The translations under genes were made by a program, and so were the position numbers. Shown here in pieces: positions 1 to 13,280 of a stretch of DNA of 64,000 bases. This DNA is from Tricharina praecox (Eukaryota): NCBI RefSeq assembly GCF_024521635.1, contig NW_026250404.1, positions 558,001-622,000 of the forward strand, given 5' to 3'. Every line of letters starts with the position of its first letter. The stretch's first letter is position 1. The notes beneath the pieces were generated by a model. It was not told where the DNA came from. It did not search any database and was given only the letters and a program-made list of their open reading frames with translations.

Positions 1-1002
1 CTCATCCTTCACAACCAACCACCACTAGCTACCACCGGAGCAAAGCTGCATCGCGAAACCTATCACCGTTCCTTTCTACGACAGATTCTGTGTTTGTTTG
101 AAAACAAATATGGAGGTACACAGGCTGCTCAATATACGTCCTGCTACTGGCACTTACCGTGCCAAGAATCAAGCAGCTACAGAGCTCGGAATTATTGGCG
201 CAGAACTCCGGCACGCCAAAAGACACCTTTATGAGACAGGGCCGATATCCGACATCTCGGAGAATAGAAAGAAGAGCAGCCATCACATCTCCTCACTCGG
301 GCACGTGAACTGGCGTCCCAGTTCACGGCTTGATTACCACACCGAAACGTCCGAGTCTCAGGAGATGTTATGTACCATGAGCCTCGGTTGGGCGTCACTG
401 CATCAGTGTTTCGATCATAACCCGCCTCTATTTCTGTCAAAGGCCGTCATGCCTTACTCCGGTCGAAACGCGACCGGAGAGTTGACAAAGAAAGTGGCTG
501 CGCCTGCCCAGCATCCGGCATCGGAATTGGCCACATACCTAGGCAGGTACAAAGTGGCGAGAAGAATGAACAGAACACCTTCGAAACTGAGCTCACTCAT
601 GCCCGAGAATCAGAAGTAGTGGCCGGATGACGGCCCACAATCGTCCCATCACCAAAACTACACATTCTCTCCTTTCCGCGGACTCTCCGTCATACCGGTA
701 CCCATCTGGACACGTTTCGATCATACCGATCGCTTCCTTTCCGCCCCTCGGAGTTGATATATAATCCATCGAGTTTCTAGTGATTAAAGTACCTAGTGGG
801 AATGAGCTTTTCTATCTAACACGCACCGCCGACACCACACGACTCAAGAACTCAAGCCGCAAGGTGTCCTCATCACTGCGCAATAATCACAATCAACCCA
901 CGCTACTTTACTCGCATTATATCATCATCGCGATTCCCGACAGCGCCAGCAAGAAAGTGCAAAAGAAAGAGAGCGCGAGAGAAAACCGGAGACACATCAA
1001 CC

Positions 1003-2873
1003 ATGCGGATACCAGAGCGCTCATTGCTCACGACCGGTTTGGCGTTGCTGGCCATCGCCGCGGTACCAGCTATTACGACTACAAGTAGCATTTGCAGTGT
1101 TCGTTTGCCTTTCCCCCATCCCTTTCCATGTCCCTCATCGCAAACAAATATTTATGCGTGTGTTGTGTGTGTGTATGGTCCGTGCTGACTGTGCATCGCC
1201 TTTACCTTTCATAGAACGAACCAACCGAATTCATTCCCGATGGCTGCGCCACCTACGGCAATCTCGAAGAGCTCAATAAAGTCGTTCAGCCGTTAGTCCA
1301 GGACATCACGCATGGCACCGATTACTTCAGCTACTACCGGCTTGACCTCTACGGCCGCACGTGTCCGTTTTGGCCCGATAACGAAGGCATATGTGCGAAC
1401 ATCGCGTGCGCCGTGAATACGATCGATAACGAGGAGGATATTCCGCCAATTTGGCGCGCGGAGGAGCTGGGGAAGCTCGCGGGGCCAAAAGCGAAGCATC
1501 CGGCTAACAACCGGAAGGCGACGGAGAGTCCGCTGGGTGGACAGCTGGGTGAGGATACCGAGGAGAGTTGTGTTGTCGAAGAGGACGAGTGCGACGAGAG
1601 GGACTACTGTGTTCCTGAGGATGAGACCGGGAGCAACGGCGACTATGTCAGTCTTGTGGACAATCCTGAGCGGTTCACAGGGTATGCGGGTGCTGGCGCG
1701 GACAACGTATGGAAGTCGATCTACCGCGAGAACTGTTTTTCGAAACCACAGTCGGCCGGCGAGGAGGGCATCAGTCAGGCAAAGCAGGACTTCGTCGATG
1801 TCATGCAGGACAAGCTCACACACGAGCTCCGCGGCAAGGACGGTCAGGCTGCTCTTAAGGATATCGAAGTCGACGATGAGTGCCTCGAGAAGCGTGTTTT
1901 CTACAGGGTGATCTCGGGCATGCACTCCAGCATCTCCGTTCACCTCTGCTGGGACTACCTGAACCAGACCACCGGCCTGTGGAGTCCCAATCTCGACTGC
2001 TTCATCAACCGCTTCCGCGGCCATCCCGAGCGTATTCAGAACATCTACTTCAACTACGCAATCCTCCTCCGCGCCGTCGAGAAGCTCAAGAACTACTTCC
2101 CGCAGTATACCTTCTGCTCCGGCGACCACCTGCAGAATCGGCTCACCAAAGCCAAAGTCCTGAAACTCGCCAACGCCATCCCCGCCGAGTCCACGATCTT
2201 CGACGAGAGCATCATGTTCCAGGAAGATGCGCAAGTGCTAAAGGAGGACTTCCGCAACCGTTTCCGCAACGTCAGCCGAGTGATGGACTGTGTTGGCTGC
2301 GACAAGTGTCGCCTCTGGGGCAAGGTGCAGACGCAGGGCTACGGCACGGCTCTCAAGGTCCTCTTCGAGTTCGACGAGAACAAGGATATTTCCGAGAACC
2401 CGCCGCTGCGAAGAACTGAGCTGGTAGCACTCATCAATACCCTCGACCGCGTCTCGCATTCGTTGTCTGTCCTCCCCAAATTCCAGGAACTATGGGAGCT
2501 CCGTAACAGCACTGCCGCTGCCGCAGAGCAGGAGGCTGCGAAGAAAGCGAGAATCGAAGAGCTCGGTGACGAAGAGGAGAGGCCGAAGAGACCCCCTCCC
2601 ACCTTTAGCGAAGAGTTCTGGGCGGAATGGAATCTCGTCTGGAGGACTTTTTGGTTCGTGATTAGGAGTTGGTACGAGCTGCCGAAGATTCTGTAAGTTC
2701 CCACATCTTTCCCAACACATCACTGGACTACCGCTAACTGGATATATCACAGCCTCACCATGGGGTACCAAGAGTTCAGGGACGTAATGTACAAACTCCT
2801 CAACCGTGAGCCCGGTGCGCGTCTCTACGAGTGGAAGAGCGACCTCGAAAAGAAGGCAAAGTCCGAGCTATAG
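1003..2873 (+). CDS. ERO1: ER oxidoreductin 1 (3 exons: 1003-1098, 1215-2692, 2753-2873)
   Basis: Signal peptide MRIPERSLLTTGLALLAIAAVPA. ERO1 motifs YVSLVDNPERFTGY, SGMHSSISVHLC and the CVGCDKC (CxxCxxC) active site followed by LWGKVQTQGYGTALKVLF. Introns GTTCGT..GCTGAC..TAG and GTAAGT..GCTAAC..CAG keep the frame. Ends KSEL*. Confidence 0.96.
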
Positions 2874-3470
2874 ATGGATGAGGGGGAGAGGGAGCTGCTG
2901 CCATTGTTGTTTCCACGAATATCTTTTGTTTCTTGCCGAGCTGTATATCTACGTCTCTAGATTCTTTTCTTTCTCCTGTTTCTGTCTGCATTGGGTTGTG
3001 GAGTTATGGCGTATGATATTACCAATTCTATCTACTGCTGCTTCTTTGGCATGTGCTTTGCTTTGCTAGCCCGCGTATTCGGATTTCTCCTTGTGGAGTA
3101 GTGAAGTGAGGAATGGCACTTTGGAAGTGAAGGCCATCGTCACGATCCCATATCACGATCTCTCGACCGACCGACCGACGTAAACTTGCCAACTGGTATC
3201 TGCAGAGGCAGCGCACAGACCTCGGATTGCATACACAACCGCCTTCGCTGCTTACCTGCGCATCCGTCCCTTGGCTGCCGATCGTGAGATCATTGGTCTC
3301 TGCAGGTGCAAGCTTACATACGTAGCATAGCTAGGGCAAACAGCTCGCTCTGCCGGTACATATGGTACATTCCGCAGCTTGCAGCGGCGATCATCGCCAG
3401 CAACACCAGCACCACCAGCAACACCACCAGCAACACCACCAGCAATACCACCACCACCGGGAAATTCACG

Positions 3471-4461
3471 ATGTCGTCCGCCGTCCAACGGACGCAACAG
3501 AGTGAGGGCACACCGCACTCCCACTACCACTCGCACTCGCACCCGCACTCCCAATTCCCCACGTCGATAACCCCCCTCAGCGCGCTCAAGACGCTTCCGG
3601 ACACCAGTCCTCTCCCCCTCCCCTCCCCTCCCCTCTAGCCTCCCCCCCAGCTTCAATGCCACCCCGCCCCCGCACCCACCTAACCACACCCACGTGTATA
3701 TAGCGGAAATAACCTTCCTTGCGGTCGTCGTCTCCGCGCGCCGCGACGCGCGGAGAGTCAGGAAGAGCGACTGGTACCTTATCGACGACACGCTGCCGCT
3801 GCTCGACCCGTTGGGCTCGGACTCGCGGCCGGGGCGGCCGCCCAGCAGGCACCACGCCATCATCAGCGTGTGGCGGGATATCGACGAGTTCCGGCCGCGG
3901 CCTGGCGAGATCGTGCTGGTGAGGGGCGCGAAGGTCAATCGCAATTATGTGGAAGATACGGAGACCCACAGGTTGCGGAAGCTCGACAAGGGCATGGCCG
4001 CGGAGTGGGGATTGTTGAATCTTTATCCTAATGTGAGACCTGGCTGGTGGGCGACGGAGGAGATGCTGGAGGGAATGGAGGTTGAGGGGTTTAGGGAGCT
4101 TAGGGAGTGGAGAGATGGGGTGCTGAAGCGTGAGGAGCAGGAGGAGAGGGCGTGGGAGGAACAGCAGATTTTGCGGAGGGAGAGGGAGATTACGGAGAAG
4201 GAGGAGGCGGAGGAGAGGGAGAACACGGAGAGGGAGGAGGCGGAGGAGAGGGAGAACACGGAGAGGGAGGAGGCGGAGGAGAGGGAGAGGCGTGAGGTGG
4301 ATGAGGAGATGAAGAGAGTGGGTGAAGCTGAGATTGAGAGGAGGAGGGAAGCCGAGATGGAAGAGTTCGAAGAGAGGGGTTTGGTTTGGCGGCTGGGTGG
4401 AAAGCCGTTTTGGCGGGTTGACGGGATGTATTCATTGGATGATGATGATCACGATGAATAG
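3471..4461 (+). CDS. Uncharacterised putative OB-fold protein with E/R-rich coiled-coil tail (exons 3471-3606, 3704-4461)
   Basis: ATG 3471. Phase-1 intron 3607-3703 (GTCCTC..CCTAAC..TATAG) joins ITPLSALKTLPDT to TEITFLAVVVS..WYLIDDT..ISVWR..PRPGEIVLVRGAKVNR, a strand pattern typical of OB folds. The start codon is uncertain. Confidence 0.6.
4198..4290 (+). repeat. 33-bp in-frame tandem repeat (EREEAEERENT) x ~2.7
   Basis: GAGAGGGAGGAGGCGGAGGAGAGGGAGAACACG repeated within the CDS. Confidence 0.85.
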
Positions 4462-4600
4462 AGTGATGCTTAACAGATATCGCACAGGGCCATAATGTAA
4501 ATTGTGTAGTATACTGAGCACTGAATACACCGTAGTAAAACGCCTTAACCCCCGCATTGAAACAAAGCCATGCCATTTGCATCACGATACCCGCATTGCC

Positions 4601-5918
4601 TCAGTGCACAAGATTGGCAGCGACGAAATCCTTTTTGCCGTATTTCCCATCAGCTAGATTCTCAGTCTGGGGACGGATATCGACTTACCGGATATTCGTT
4701 CTGCAGCATGGTGGTGATGTTCTCCACCGCCTGTGCCAGTCCGCTCACGTTCTCGTCCCAGCGTTTCAGCTGTCTACTTACGACCTTCTCCGCCGAAGCA
4801 CCACCCGTCGACGTCGTGGAATCGAAGTAGATGAGCCGATCGATCTGGTCAATCTGTCCGCTCAACCGTCCCTGCTCGATCATCCTTGCCGCGTACTCCT
4901 CCGCCTTCTCAGCAGACAATCCCAACAGAACTCCCAGCTCTTCGACGCCGATATTGTTGTAAAGCTTCGAAGCGCCGAGCAAGTTGTGTTCGATGACGGC
5001 CTTGGTCAGCACTGTCGTTCCGTCCGACATTCTCGCGACCTGATGCGGCCGCAGCCTGGCGGCAAACTCATCTACTTCTTTCTGCGTGAGAAGTCGGTCG
5101 AGGTACATCTTCTCGAGCAGCGAATAGTCTGGCTGCAGCTGCGGCGACCGCTCATCTTTGTAGAGGGTCGCCAGCGATCGCGAGCGAAGCGGGCCTGCAC
5201 CAGCCAGGATAGCGCACGTCATAGCAGCGGACAAACACTGCATCCGGTCCGCATCTTCGACGATGGGGGAGAACGAAAGCTGGTGGTACTTGGAGCACGC
5301 ATTGAGGAAGTCCCGCTTCGAATCGAGGATTCTGGCCTGGCACATCTGGAACTGCAGGTTGACGGCGGGGTCGGCGCAGGTATGGATGAGCAGCGTGGCG
5401 CGGTTCAGGTAGTCACTGGCACTGATAGCCTCGTCGTCTTCCAGCAGATTGCGCATGATGCGGATATAAACCTTCAATCTAAACTCGTCCGATATCTGCC
5501 TCTGATGCGGATTCAACTGGATCCCCTGTAGCACCTTCGCCGCATCCCCGTTCTCCTCCTCGCCCTCGTAGATATCCGCCAGCGCCTCGCGGATGTTGCA
5601 GTCCTGCTCCTCGAACGAAATGATCTTGGGGCGCAGCTTCTCGAGCGTGTAGGCGTAGACGGTTTTCTTGATCTCGACTGAGTCGAGCTTGCGGATGGCG
5701 GTTACGCACTCTCCCAGCACCGGCCGTGATGTGACGATTCCGACATTTTCCGAGAGGATCGCATCGATAAGGGCGGTGAGGTTTGACGCGAGTTGGTCGG
5801 GGGAGGAGCTGGCTATGATGGTGTGAAGCAGCGACGTGAAGGCCGTAGCTTTGTCGGCTTGCGAAGTTGATGACGATTCGAGCGAGCTCAGCTGCGAGAG
5901 TATTTCCGGAGTAGCCAT
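4601..5918 (-). CDS. CSN4: COP9 signalosome subunit 4 (exons 5918-4689, 4630-4601)
   Basis: MATPEILSQL start. PCI-domain motifs AGPLRSRSLATLYKDER, AVIEHNLLGASKLYNNI, ARMIEQGRLSGQIDQIDRLIYF. Terminal intron GTAAGT..GCTGAT..AAG gives DFVAANLVH*. Confidence 0.95.
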
Positions 5919-7546
5919 TATATTTGTGTCGAAGAAGATAAGGGAAAGAGAGAAGGTCAGCCGGAAAGGGGCGTGGGGGAGTCTAGAGAGAAATGTCGTG
6001 AGCTGCTGGAGCTGTTGCGGGTGAACCACCAGTTGTGAACTACAACCCCGCGACACCCTATATTAGGTTTAGCGCAAATCCTGAGGCTCAAGCTTCCCGG
6101 ATCCATTCATCCACTGTCGCTCGCCCCTACATACCAGTAGTCATTCAACTATTTCATACGCAAAACAATCTTCTAGAATACTGGAATCTACCATCCTACT
6201 GCATCTATATGTGGCGAAACGAAATCCAAAAAATGTTTTCGGGACATCTGATCACAAAGTTTCACTCGAAAAGCACACAATCTGATGAGCTCGGTCTGAT
6301 GGAATCTACGCTGAAATACCCATCAGAAGATCTTTGGCGTCTCCGAGTAGATAGCGTAGTTGTACGCTACAAAGCAGACAAGCTTTGTTTCCTCCTAATG
6401 CGACAAACAGTCACTAGTACTGGTGAGTTTCCATGATTAACCAGTGGTCTCCAAATACTTCATATGGCCTCGAGATATCCGCCTATTTGCGCTCCGGATG
6501 CCACCCCAGCAGCTTCTAGGTCGCGCTTGGCTCAGGCGTTGTCATTCACGCTGGGACGGTGTTCCATTTCATCGTTGACTCGTTGGATGCGGAAGTGCGA
6601 GTGCGAAACCGTGAAATTCACGGTCACCCACCCAACAGGTCGAGCGAATAGAAAGCACCACCACTAGCAGCACCTAGAAGAGTGACATATCCTATTCTCT
6701 CAGCTACCTACCATACTTCCAAGCGGAGCCACCTTTCCCACAAACAAACGCTCAATACCTACCACAAGTGCACACCGCCCACCAACTTCTGACTACACGA
6801 GTTCTCGCCCATCCGGCCAACAGCGGTAACTACCGCACTACGGCACGAAAGCTCCGTCTCTGACTGAACGGAACTCCCTTCCCCACAAGTGCGGCAGCTC
6901 GTTCGCCCGTTCGCTCGCTTGTGTGCCAGGTCCGGTCCTGTCTTGTCCTGTTCGGTTCCCGCCAATCGATGGTGGCAACCACGCTGATCACTGGCTGCCT
7001 GCAGGACAGATCGACATCCCATCCCATGATATGTCCGCACGTGATTGGCGCTGATTGCACGACCGGAAGAAGGGCAGGAAGGAAGGAAGGAAGGAAGGGG
7101 ACGGGAGACGGGGCCACGGGGGCGAAGGGGACGGGGGATGGGGGACGGCGACGGGGGAATCCAGGGTCGATCTGCTCCGCGCTCCTCCCCGCAAATGGTT
7201 ACTGGTTACCTACTGGCCACTCCGGAGAACATCAATCCTGCCTTGCGTTCCTACGCAACTTGCAACCTAGCCGTGAGGGAACAAGCAAGCAGTGCACCTT
7301 TCGTGCCCTGAATACGGGCTGTCCCCAACCCATCCCTTCCCAACCCATCCCTTCCCATCCCATCCCTTCCCTTCTCGTCAGTCGTTACCAACTTGGACGG
7401 CCAAAAAAGCAAGGCAGCCAACAGCGACAGGGAGAGATGGATCTTCAGCGCTTGATCGGATTGGGTTTGCCACGTACGGGGTCGGGTCGGGGGCGGCGTC
7501 GATTGTGCACTGTGCTCTGAGATCTGCCTATGCCTACATACGGCAC

Positions 7547-7639
7547 ACCTCCACCTCCACCTCCACCTCCACCTCTCCACCTCCACCTCCACCTCCACCT
7601 CCACCTCTCCACCTCCACCTCCACCTCCACCTCCACCTC
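7547..7639. repeat. (CCACCT)n microsatellite
   Basis: About 15 near-perfect hexamer units with two CT slips. Confidence 0.9.
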
Positions 7640-10600
7640 CTTCAGGCTTCAGCAGTGCAGTTCAGTGCAGTACCACAGTGGAGTGCAGTGGCCAACTCTA
7701 ACTCTACCCCCAGCGCCCAGTGCCCACAAGCCCTTTTCTGTGCCATTCCACACATGTTTGATAGGCGGGCTGATCCCGCTGATCACTACCGTAACCCCAA
7801 CCAGTGCAGATCTCGAGGCATGAGGCCCGACGGCGAGGAGGAGGGAGGAGGGACGAGGGATGCAAAGCCCGGGCCGCCATTGCGGTTCACGAGTGATGTG
7901 ATTGAGTGCACTATGTTGGCTTCGTATTGTGATCACTGATCAGACCGCACGGGGAATTTTTTCAGGTTTCAGGTTTCGAGTTCCATGTTGACCTAGAACC
8001 AGAACCTGAAACATGGAGCCTGGAGCCTGGAGCCTGGAACATTAGCTCGAAGGTGGAACAGCCCGACGACGCTTGACGCGGAGAGAGGCAGGCGTCATCA
8101 TGATGCCGTGAGTTCGTGACGCAACTTCGTGTCCCGCGAATTCCTGATTGAGTTGAGTTGCGTGTGACCCTTCCTTGAAGCGGTTCGTAAGCCCTGAAGA
8201 ATTATTGGGGGAGACTGGAGTTCTTCCTGGAGCTGGAGCTGGATTAGGGGAGGCCGTAAATGAGGAATTGGGGAATTGGGATCTACATGACTTCGAGTCA
8301 TGAATCGTGATCGAGTGATATCTCGAGATAAAGTAGGTACAGGACGCGGATGGGCGAGGTGGTCTGGTTACTTGCTTGATTTCTACCCCCCGTGGATCGT
8401 CTGATACTACATGCGGGCCATATCCATATGTGCTCACTCTATGCCGCATCCACGCTCCCGTCCTTCAAGTTTTATAGGCTCATACATACTCCAGCTTAGG
8501 ACTCCGCCGTCAGATCTCCTGACATGAACCCATCCCATACGTAGTACCGAAGACGGGCCGGAAGAAGTCCATGCTCTACGTTCATAGTTCTAAAAACCCC
8601 CCTCATCCACGGCAGAGCAGCGGGTGGTTACAGGCTTACAGGCTTACAAGCTTACAGCGGGCTGCGGGAGGGATATATGCGACACCACCGCACATACCGT
8701 ACCGTACCCTAGCTGGCCCGGCCCCCTAACCAGGCTGGCTGTAACACACGCACACGCTCCGGGCAAATCGAATAAGTGTCCTGACTCTCCACACATAGGT
8801 TGATGCCCTCGTGGTCCGTCAATACACCCGGATGTGGGGGGGGGGGGGGGGGGGGCACACACGACAATGGCAATGGTATGGCACCACATCATCCCACCTC
8901 ACCCTCACCCTCACCTGGCCTTACCCCCCTATAATCGCATAATAGCCATCTCTTGCCGTATTAATATCCTTAATATCCGTTCGCATCGGGAACAACCAGT
9001 GACGGGTAAATGCTATAGACGAAACCGGAGCGTGTGTATAGTACGCTTGAAGACAGTAAGAGATGCAACCACGAATTCGATGATGAGTTCGATGAGGACG
9101 CTCGAGGTTTGCACTTCGGAACAGCGGCAAGACAAGACCAAGACAAGATAGGACCAAAGGGAGCTCGAGCTTGGGAAACCCTGTAGTCTGTAGGCTCGCC
9201 GCCTCGCCGCTGCCGCCGCTGCTTAAGTCCTGAGTCCTGAGCCCTCATTGCTACCTACTTACATACCTACCCTCCCTGGGGGCCTGATACAGTTCTAAGT
9301 TCTAAGTTCCAACCTCTCGGACCGGCTATTCTGATTATATCCTGTGTTGCACAGTGCCAATGCTACTACAGCTGCCGACGATCTGGTTGCATCTCTTACC
9401 TCTTACATAGTGGCGTCAACCATAGCATTGTGTGTGGGGTGGATGGAGTGGGGTGCGCTGCACCGTTTCGGACCAATCATATCCGTTTCGTTTCGTTTCG
9501 TTTCGGTTTTGCCTGTGCAGTGGACGGGGCCTGTGGACGGGACCGCATCGCGGCTTTTGACGGATGGATGGTCGGCCAGTGAAGGTGTGGTGATGGTGGT
9601 GGTGGTTGTGATGATGCTGACGGCGGCGGTTGGTTGGTTGGTTGCCAGTCGGTTGCCAGTCGGCTGTCAGTGATCGGATGGAAGCCAGGCTTCACAGTAT
9701 AGAAGCCCGGCGGCCACTTCGAGCCCATGTCTCGGCCCTAGCGTAGATCCGAAGGGGATCCGAAGGGCATTGACCGCACTGGAGATGGCACTGCAAATCC
9801 ATGGAGCCTGAGTCGCCTCTGCCGATTCAATCTCTAGAATACCTAGTACCTAGTAGGAGTCTCCTCCGCCCACCAGCACAGGCCAAAATCCAATTCCAAT
9901 TGCGATCCAGTCCGCCACCGGAAACGGGCGTGACTTCTCGCTATCGCTCGTCATTGTGGTGGTGGTTGCGATGGTGATGCTGCTGCTGCTTATGGTGGTG
10001 GTGGTGAGAATAGAGTGCAAGTGCACCAAAACGCCGTGCAACACAGCGAGCATAGATGACGAAAGTGTTTACCCCATGAGAACGGGCGGGCGGCGCCTCA
10101 ATCTACTCTTGTCTGCTCTGCTCTGCTCTGTTCTGCTCTAGTTACATACATATGGTATCTCTTGGGTGGGGTGGGGTGCATTTCAGTGCAGGACGAGAGA
10201 GACGAGAGCATGGCCCGTGATGATGTGCACCGCAGATCGCGGGGTCTGGAGTAGGTACGTACACACGGGGATAGTTATGGGGGTGCTGATCACTTTGCTC
10301 GATTGAGTGTTTGATTGTTTGATTGAGGGGACGTGGTTGAAACAATGGGGACGGGGACGGGAAAGGGCGAGGGGCGAGTGAGGCGGGAGAGCGACCATGT
10401 CCCAGGCAATATACAGAGGGTTGGCGGAGGGGGGAGGAGAGCGAATCTGGGGTAGCTGTAGTACGGTAGAGGTACTCTAGCAACTCCACTCTGTAGATGG
10501 ATAGTAGAGTACTTCTTCCACAGGCAAGTTAACATAAGCACTGAGGCATTCCACCGCGGTCCCGACTTGGCAGACCCATAGCCACGGGGAGGAGCATCAC

Positions 10601-12470
10601 AATCCGTCACAATCCATCAACCGGGGAACAACCCAGCAGCAGCTCACACTTCCTCACACCTCTTCAAAACCAAACGCAATCTTCCACCACACGATAGATA
10701 GCAAGCAAGCGATACCGTAGCTGACCAGGCCGATTGGCCCTCTCCGCTTCGTTTTCAAATCCCGCCGGCGCAGTCAGGCAGGCGGATTTGCTTCTTCTTC
10801 TTTCCGACATGGTGCGATGACTGCTGCTGCTGCTGCTGCTGCTGCTGCGGTGGAAGCCTTGTCATGCCATGCCATGCCATTCCCTTCCATCGGAAGGTGG
10901 GGTAACAACTCTACATATCTGCAGCTTCAAGTCCGTCCGCTGCCTGCTCGTGCAAGAGGGTGTCGAACAGTCAGTCCGCACACACTCTCTCACATACATA
11001 TATAGATACGCGGAAACTACACATTGCAGGTCTCGGGGTGAAAACGCCAAGTTCCGTTTGGGCCCATACCTACCATACATAGAGTATTCCGGAAGAAAGA
11101 ACGAACGAAAGAAAAAATCCCCACAGGGCCAAGTAAGATACTACTTCCATCTTACTCACCTACCACCGGTCCACCGGTACTTATCCAACCATCCAGAGAA
11201 GGAAATCCGGACAGCGGGACGTCGGTACTCTAGGTATGGTATGGTATGTCTGGACGCAGTATTCAGATCGAAGTTTCTACAGCAGTGATCGAAGCGGTTC
11301 CGCGGCAGTGGCCGGAGGGGAAACAAACAAACGAACGCAAAAATCCGCCGCTAGTTGGGGGGAATTCTGCCTGGAGTACTTGCGAACCAATCCTGACCAT
11401 GGCGGTAGGTAATAGGGATTGGTAGATAGAGTACATACTGGAGGGAAAGGTTCTTTTCTTCTCGGCGGGCGGGCAGAGGCAATCCAATACGGGGATATGG
11501 GGGGGTATCTATTACTCTAACTACGATGCAGGTGGATGGCTGCAATCGATCTTGATCGTGGGCTAGGTGTGCTAACGAACCAATGCTGCTAGTGACAAGT
11601 ATGTGGACGGAGGAGCCCGTGGCTTTGGGGTTCGCAGAGGTCACCGACTGGCTGGCTATGGAGTACATCCGGTGGACTGTCTGCTTCCTTCGGCTCGGAC
11701 GTGGGGATAATATAAATACGGTACATACGTGTATCTAGTATCTTGGTTCGCGTTCTCGAGCTGCGAGCATCGTGATGTGGCGGATCTCTCGACTCTCTTG
11801 AGTACCGTAACTAGCGGTGTATGTAGGGAGAAGTGGGTACTCTACATAGATGGAGCCCAAGAAACAACCTCGAAGCCTTGACGGATCGCGATTTCACGAC
11901 ACGGAGACGAAAAAAGCGACTATACATCATGTGGCCCCGCAGAACTCATGACCATGACCAATAACACTGCAGCTGGGCATCCGGTTTTTCGGAGACGGAT
12001 GTGGGTATCCCGACGAATTGCCCTCTGCCCTTCTCCCCCCTCTGCCCCCCACCTCATGATAGACTTGAAGCGGATAACTATCTCAGCCCCCATGCTCGAG
12101 CCTCGAGCCGCCAGAAATCGAGCGCACTCATGGATGCCATAGATGTCATGGATGTCATGGATGCCGTTGGCTTTTGGCTTTTGGCAGCCCGCGGCGAGGC
12201 GCATCGCATCGCACACCGAGGAGCGGTAACGGGACGGGACTCGCTCGCTCGCTACCGTGAATGCCGTATCTACAGCCCTACCTACCGCACCCTCTCGACC
12301 GCCGTTGTACATGTTTCAACGGAATCCACGACTCGAGCAGTCACGGGCACGAGAATATCGCAGCACAGCGCAGCACAGCGCAGCACAGCGCAGCACGGCG
12401 TGAGAACTCCGCGAAGCCATCCCACCTCATCTCCTCATCAGCAAGCAAGCAAGCAATCACAGTTCCGTCC

Positions 12471-12535
12471 CATGGCTCACAGTCTCATGGCTCACAGTCT
12501 CATGGCTCACAGTCTCATGGCTCACAGTCTCATGG
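12471..12535. repeat. 15-bp minisatellite (CATGGCTCACAGTCT) x4
   Basis: Direct inspection. Confidence 0.9.
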
Positions 12536-13180
12536 CCCACGGCAGTAGAGTAGTTACGTTTGCTAGCACTGTTACTGTTTTTTTTTCTCTCGTCGTGTGA
12601 TACATTAGGTATGTACGACGGATGCCGGATCTAGGAGTACAATACCTACAATACATATCATACATATCATACGTACATAGGGCGCGCGCGGAACAGACGC
12701 CTAAACAGCCGAAAAGCGAGCGAGCGAGCGAAACAGCGGGTGGGGTGAATGATTGCTGATGATGACGTTCCGTCATGAGGGGTGCAGTAGATACTCTAGT
12801 TAGGGTTGTTTGCTAACCAACTAGGCGTGCATGCGTGCGGGCCGTGCAGATATGTAGATAGCATACGGTAGGCGGAGTAGATAGATATGAGATACGCCAA
12901 GAAAGAAACGAATAGCTTTGAAATAGAACTCCGCTGGTGCCTGGGGGATCCGGAGCGTATGTAAAAAGGCTTTCTCGATATGTATGCCCTCCCCTCCCCT
13001 CAACTCAAAGTCCGTCGATGGAGGATGGAAGATGGAGATAGCAAAACAGGCCGCAGTCAGTTGATTGCCGCGCTGATTTCATGTGGAAATGCTCCTGGAT
13101 GGGCTTCGGTCGGTACTGGTGCTGGTGACGGCACATGCGGCATTGAACGGCGAGAGTCGCATACACTCATGCATTCATTC

Positions 13181-13280
13181 ATCCATCCATCCATCCATCC
13201 ATCCATCCATCCATCCATCCATCCATCCATCCATCCATCCATCCATCCATCCATCCATCCATCCATCCATCCATCCATCC
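13181..13280. repeat. (ATCC)n microsatellite, ~25 units
   Basis: Direct inspection. Confidence 0.95.

Noticed and set aside
98..619. 173-aa ORF at the window start
   Set aside because: No recognisable motif or splice structure, and it begins at a non-ATG codon; cannot be supported.
1293..2234. 313-aa minus-strand ORF (likewise 4557-5531, 25889-27166, 27710-29089)
   Set aside because: Antisense shadows of GC3-rich real genes (ERO1, CSN4, eIF3d, PRO1).
12471..12535. Short repeats as a possible CRISPR array (also 47004-47069, 62442-62522)
   Set aside because: Head-to-tail units with no spacers, in a eukaryotic genome.
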